A stretch of DNA of 64,000 nt from an uncultured bacterium (GTDB lineage Bacteria > Auribacterota > Erginobacteria > Erginobacterales > Erginobacteraceae), in NCBI GenBank assembly GCA_963822585.1, contig CAWGIE010000036.1, positions 224,001-288,000 on the forward strand, given 5' to 3'. Position 1 is the first letter of the stretch; each line of letters begins with the position of its first letter. Positions 63,363 to 64,000 of the stretch are shown here, piece by piece. The translations under genes and the position numbers were made by a program. The notes beneath the pieces were generated by a model, which was not told the DNA's origin, made no database searches, and worked only from the letters and a program-made list of their open reading frames with translations.

Positions 63363-64000
63363 TCAAGCAGCATTATCTGACTTTCGCCTCATGACCTTTT
63401 TATGCAACCAGATATAGACAACCAGGATCGCGATACAGGCTGATAGAATCCAGATCATATTCTCGCTGACCAGCTCTTTACCCTGACGGACTATCTCCGT
63501 ATAGGTCATGGCCGTGGTCTGAAGGCCGAGATGGTAGCCGATCGCCATCAGCACGATAATCCAGATCCCGGCCCCCAGGGCGGTAAAAAGACTGAACCGC
63601 CCGAAACGCATCCGGGAGAGTCCGGCCGGAAGGGATATCAGCTGTCGTATCGCGGGGATCAGCCGGGAGACGAACGTTGCCACCTCTCCGTATTCACGGA
63701 ATATCTCCTCCGCCCGTTCCATTTTCTCGCGGGGAAGAAAGAAAAATCGACCGTATTTGTGCAGAAAGGGACGTCCCAATTTGAGGGCCAGGAAGTAATT
63801 GAAGTATGCTCCGGCTAATGAACCGGCCAGGCCGCAGAGAAAGGCCGTGGCCAGAGCCGCGGTGGGATCTCCCGGGAAAAACTCCGCCCGGGCCGCCCAG
63901 AAACCGGCGGGGATCATGATCACTTCGCTCGGAAAAGGTATCAGAGATGACTCGATCGCCATGAAAAAGAAGACCAGCAGCGGCCCGCGCCAGGTGATCA
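63363..64000 (-). CDS. DedA-family membrane protein, 5' end beyond the window
   Basis: ESSLIPFPSE, GSLAGA, SRLIPAIRQLISLPAG; reading frame open to the window edge. Confidence 0.9.
   Translation of the reverse strand, partial: ITWRGPLLVFFFMAIESSLIPFPSEVIMIPAGFWAARAEFFPGDPTAALATAFLCGLAGSLAGAYFNYFLALKLGRPFLHKYGRFFFLPREKMERAEEIFREYGEVATFVSRLIPAIRQLISLPAGLSRMRFGRFSLFTALGAGIWIIVLMAIGYHLGLQTTAMTYTEIVRQGKELVSENMIWILSACIAILVVYIWLHKKVMRRKSDNAA

Overview
GC-rich (by eye ~60%) bacterial chromosomal region of mostly housekeeping and envelope genes, with no CRISPR array, prophage or rRNA seen. Recognisable genes include ychF, an ECF sigma/anti-sigma pair, an OmpR-type two-component system, nrnA-like DHH, glgP, two divergent malQ paralogs, mazEF, dpaL, trkHA, short mutY, nadE, gmd/rmd/manA, HU, a TMTC-like protein, an HDAC-family protein, a DegP pair, ligA, tRNA-Pro(CGG), a complete ISL3 and a partial dedA. 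The abundant C-terminal GDY(N/D)GDG..IFR..SGLW repeats suggest a PVC-associated candidate lineage (recollection, low confidence). Most notable: (1) a coupled five-gene operon of unannotatable exported proteins at 7492-10979 (Ca-binding DxDxDG protein, three paralogous coiled-coil proteins, tandem OB-fold-like protein) behind an 11-bp-spaced TTGTCA direct repeat next to a TPR-rich two-component system; (2) about 18 intergenic short-tandem-repeat elements from seven unit families (7-10 bp), most built as inverted arms, plus REP-like hairpins and MITEs that supply stop codons or Shine-Dalgarno sites; (3) several apparent pseudo- or re-specified enzymes (His-less kinase, DegP paralog lacking His and Ser, two GH77 proteins with remodelled loops). 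All calls come from reading motifs by eye; no searches were run.
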